Shown here piece by piece: positions 60,871 through 64,000 of a DNA stretch of 64,000 nucleotides. The position numbers and the translations under genes were made by a program. Source of the DNA: Nemertoderma westbladi (taxonomy: Eukaryota > Animalia > Xenacoelomorpha); assembly GCA_032718475.1 (NCBI GenBank), contig JAUCBJ010000365.1, positions 7,363 through 71,362 on the forward strand, given 5' to 3'. How positions within the stretch are numbered: the first letter of the stretch is position 1; every line of letters begins with the position of its first letter. The notes below the pieces were generated by a model. That model was not told where the DNA came from. It searched no databases and saw nothing but the letters and a program-made list of their open reading frames with translations.

Positions 60871-62709
60871 CCGTCGTACCTCTAACTTAATAAATAATTA
60901 ATATATGGCGATATTTCAGACCATTATTGTAAGCAAAGCTCTTATTATTAATTACATCACGAATGAGAGTTGTCACAAATTGAATACTGTGGCGATATCA
61001 ATATAATTAGACCGAAGACTTGTTACAATACGGTTGCCAGACTTGAGTCCTTACATAATTAATTAGTCAGACATTTGCTTGTTACACTGTGTTGCCACAA
61101 CCTCTCGCTACTGTATGTCAGTGAAGTATAATAGACGATCAAATACCGTATTAAACTAAGTGAATCATAATACATAAAGGGGAAAAAGGGGTAGAATAAA
61201 CAGATACATTGAGCGGCCCTTCGTTGAAGGTATTCCGTTCTTTGTATCAGACCGGACAGTTAGAACTTATCTGCATGAGTTTTCAGCACAATCAGCAAAG
61301 AGTCACAATATATGAAATTGAGATTGAAAGAACATATTTTTTATCAAATGCGCTAACAAATTGTTTGGGGAGCAATATATGACTCAATATTAAAACCTGC
61401 AAGGACAACAAAAAAATAAATTCTAAGAGTACCCATCGCCACACCATTGCCGTCATCCAATCATACATCCGTACGATAAAGGTATTTGCTAATTGGCCCC
61501 TTTATATAATTAATTAGTTAAACCCCACGATGCCGTGTCCGCATATATTATGTTTTTGTCATTCATTTAGGTAAATATTTTTCTTTCTTAAAATTCTAAA
61601 AGCTGTATTTATATATAGCTTTCAAAGATATCGACAAAGTAAAAACGACCCACGTAAAACGAATGCTTCGACTACACAGCTCTGCTTCCTCGACTCTTGT
61701 ATTAAAATTGGCAGGGGAAAAATCATTCATCGAAGCCCTCCTAGAGACCTCCCTGTATGCGTTTAACCCAGAAGTTATCCGAAACTACCGGTCGTACCGC
61801 TCCGAACGCGAGGAGAATTTTGTTAACGAGGGATACTCCCGCGGTCCAGCATTCCAAACCTCGGTTTGGAAGACTCATGGCCAGACTAACAGGCATGTTG
61901 TCACCCGGACGACAGCCCACGGATTCCACTTTAAAGTCTGCAACAACTCCGTTCCCTTCCATGCCTTAACCCCGGAATGCCATTGCAAGTTCTGCAAACT
62001 CTCCTGCAGTGACCGCTACCACATACTTTCCTGCAACCTCTGCCCGCCGCTGTCGGTACTCGCCGCAAACTAACCACAACGCCCCCCCCCCCCCCCCCCC
62101 CCCACTCCCCTCGCATATTACTGTACTTTTATATACTGTACTGTATTGGTATATGTTTTTCTATTGGCTGATTGGTATACTGTATCTCATATTTACCCCG
62201 CCCGGGGTGTATCTATTAATATTATATATAGCTTTCAATATTACCATGTATGTTATCCACAATCATCTTCCTGTCAACCGCCACAATCACCACCCCCCAC
62301 CCCCAGCTATTTTGCTGTTCTCCTGAAACGAATAACCTACAATACTGTAGTACCTATCCACCAGGTTCATTCAGTCCCCTGGTAAATGATATTATATATT
62401 ATAATAAAATGTGAATATTAATCTAATATACTGTGTTTGTCATATGAATTTTAGTGATAAAGTACAGAAGTGGCTGGTTGTGGGTCCGGGTGCGTTTATG
62501 TTAACATTTTATACATTTTGTTTGATTAATTACACATAAATTGAATTGTGCGCGTGACTGATCTGATTCATTTAGGCCTCCTTAGAATTTTGTATCCTAA
62601 TGGTGTACTTTGGCTAGGTGTTTTATCAATTTTACACTTGCTTCCGCATGGCCCTCTGATGGTGGGAAGTGGGGGGTGCTTGAATCCCGATTGACACACC
62701 ATCATCGCT

Positions 62710-64000
62710 GACTCCAAGGTCGATGAACCAGCCTAGCATTGGGCCGACTCCAAGGTCGATGAACCAGCCTAGCATTGGGCCGACTCCAAGGTCGATGAAC
62801 CAGCCTAGCATTGGGCCGACTCCAAGGTCGATGAACCAGCCTAGCATTGGGCCGACTCCAAGGTCGATGAACCAGCCTAGCATTGGGCCGACTCCAAGGT
62901 CGATGAACCAGCCTAGCATTGGGCCGACTCCAAGGTCGATGAACCAGCCTAGCATTGGGCCGACTCCAAGGTCGATGAACCAGCCTAGCATTGGGCCGAC
63001 TCCAAGGTCGATGAACCAGCCTAGCATTGGGCCGACTCCAAGGTCGATGAACCAGCCTAGCATTGGGCCGACTCCAAGGTCGATGAACCAGCCTAGCATT
63101 GGGCCGACTCCAAGGTCGATGAACCAGCCTAGCATTGGGCCGACTCCAAGGTCGATGAACCAGCCTAGCATTGGGCCGACTCCAAGGTCGATGAACCAGC
63201 CTAGCATTGGGCCGACTCCAAGGTCGATGAACCAGCCTAGCATTGGGCCGACTCCAAGGTCGATGAACCAGCCTAGCATTGGGCCGACTCCAAGGTCGAT
63301 GAACCAGCCTAGCATTGGGCCGACTCCAAGGTCGATGAACCAGCCTAGCATTGGGCCGACTCCAAGGTCGATGAACCAGCCTAGCATTGGGCCGACTCCA
63401 AGGTCGATGAACCAGCCTAGCATTGGGCCGACTCCAAGGTCGATGAACCAGCCTAGCATTGGGCCGACTCCAAGGTCGATGAACCAGCCTAGCATTGGGC
63501 CGACTCCAAGGTCGATGAACCAGCCTAGCATTGGGCCGACTCCAAGGTCGATGAACCAGCCTAGCATTGGGCCGACTCCAAGGTCGATGAACCAGCCTAG
63601 CATTGGGCCGACTCCAAGGTCGATGAACCAGCCTAGCATTGGGCCGACTCCAAGGTCGATGAACCAGCCTAGCATTGGGCCGACTCCAAGGTCGATGAAC
63701 CAGCCTAGCATTGGGCCGACTCCAAGGTCGATGAACCAGCCTAGCATTGGGCCGACTCCAAGGTCGATGAACCAGCCTAGCATTGGGCCGACTCCAAGGT
63801 CGATGAACCAGCCTAGCATTGGGCCGACTCCAAGGTCGATGAACCAGCCTAGCATTGGGCCGACTCCAAGGTCGATGAACCAGCCTAGCATTGGGCCGAC
63901 TCCAAGGTCGATGAACCAGCCTAGCATTGGGCCGACTCCAAGGTCTATGAACCAGCCTAGCATTGGGCCGACTCCAAGGTCGATGAACCAGCCTAGCATT
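62710..64000. repeat. Near-perfect 36-bp minisatellite (GACTCCAAGGTCGATGAACCAGCCTAGCATTGGGCC), about 36 copies, runs off window end
   Basis: Directly visible; one variant unit near 63946. Confidence 0.98.

Noticed and set aside
62632-63999. 455-aa ORF of (MLGWFIDLGVGP)n
   Set aside because: By-product of a stop-free 36-bp minisatellite; the units lack synonymous variation and there is no gene context.

Overview
AT-rich animal (invertebrate-like) genomic DNA with spliceosomal introns. It contains three paralogous 8-exon genes, reconstructed here from GT-AG junctions: copy A (- strand, 3334-9710, frameshifted in exon 3), copy B (- strand, 14393-19893, intact, about 585 aa) and copy C (+ strand, 23108-45302, intact, about 584 aa). 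Each encodes a signal peptide, a KR-containing pro-region, an HELGH...EWMxE zinc metallopeptidase of anthrax-lethal-factor/PPEP (M34-like) type, an ShKT domain and an FN3 domain. The locus is repeat-rich. Minisatellites have amplified across exon/intron donor junctions, and an 8.7-kb 22-bp satellite carries a MITE and a 2.2-kb higher-order repeat. Intron 3 of copy C holds a tandem array of about 355-bp units, each with a type I hammerhead ribozyme motif between tRNA-like A and B boxes (retrozyme-like). Other elements are HINE/MITE-like insertions, a tRNA-SINE, Gypsy, BEL/Pao and RTE relics, and a near-intact CR1/L2-group LINE with a 2A-like peptide. All calls come from reading the sequence; no database searches were run.
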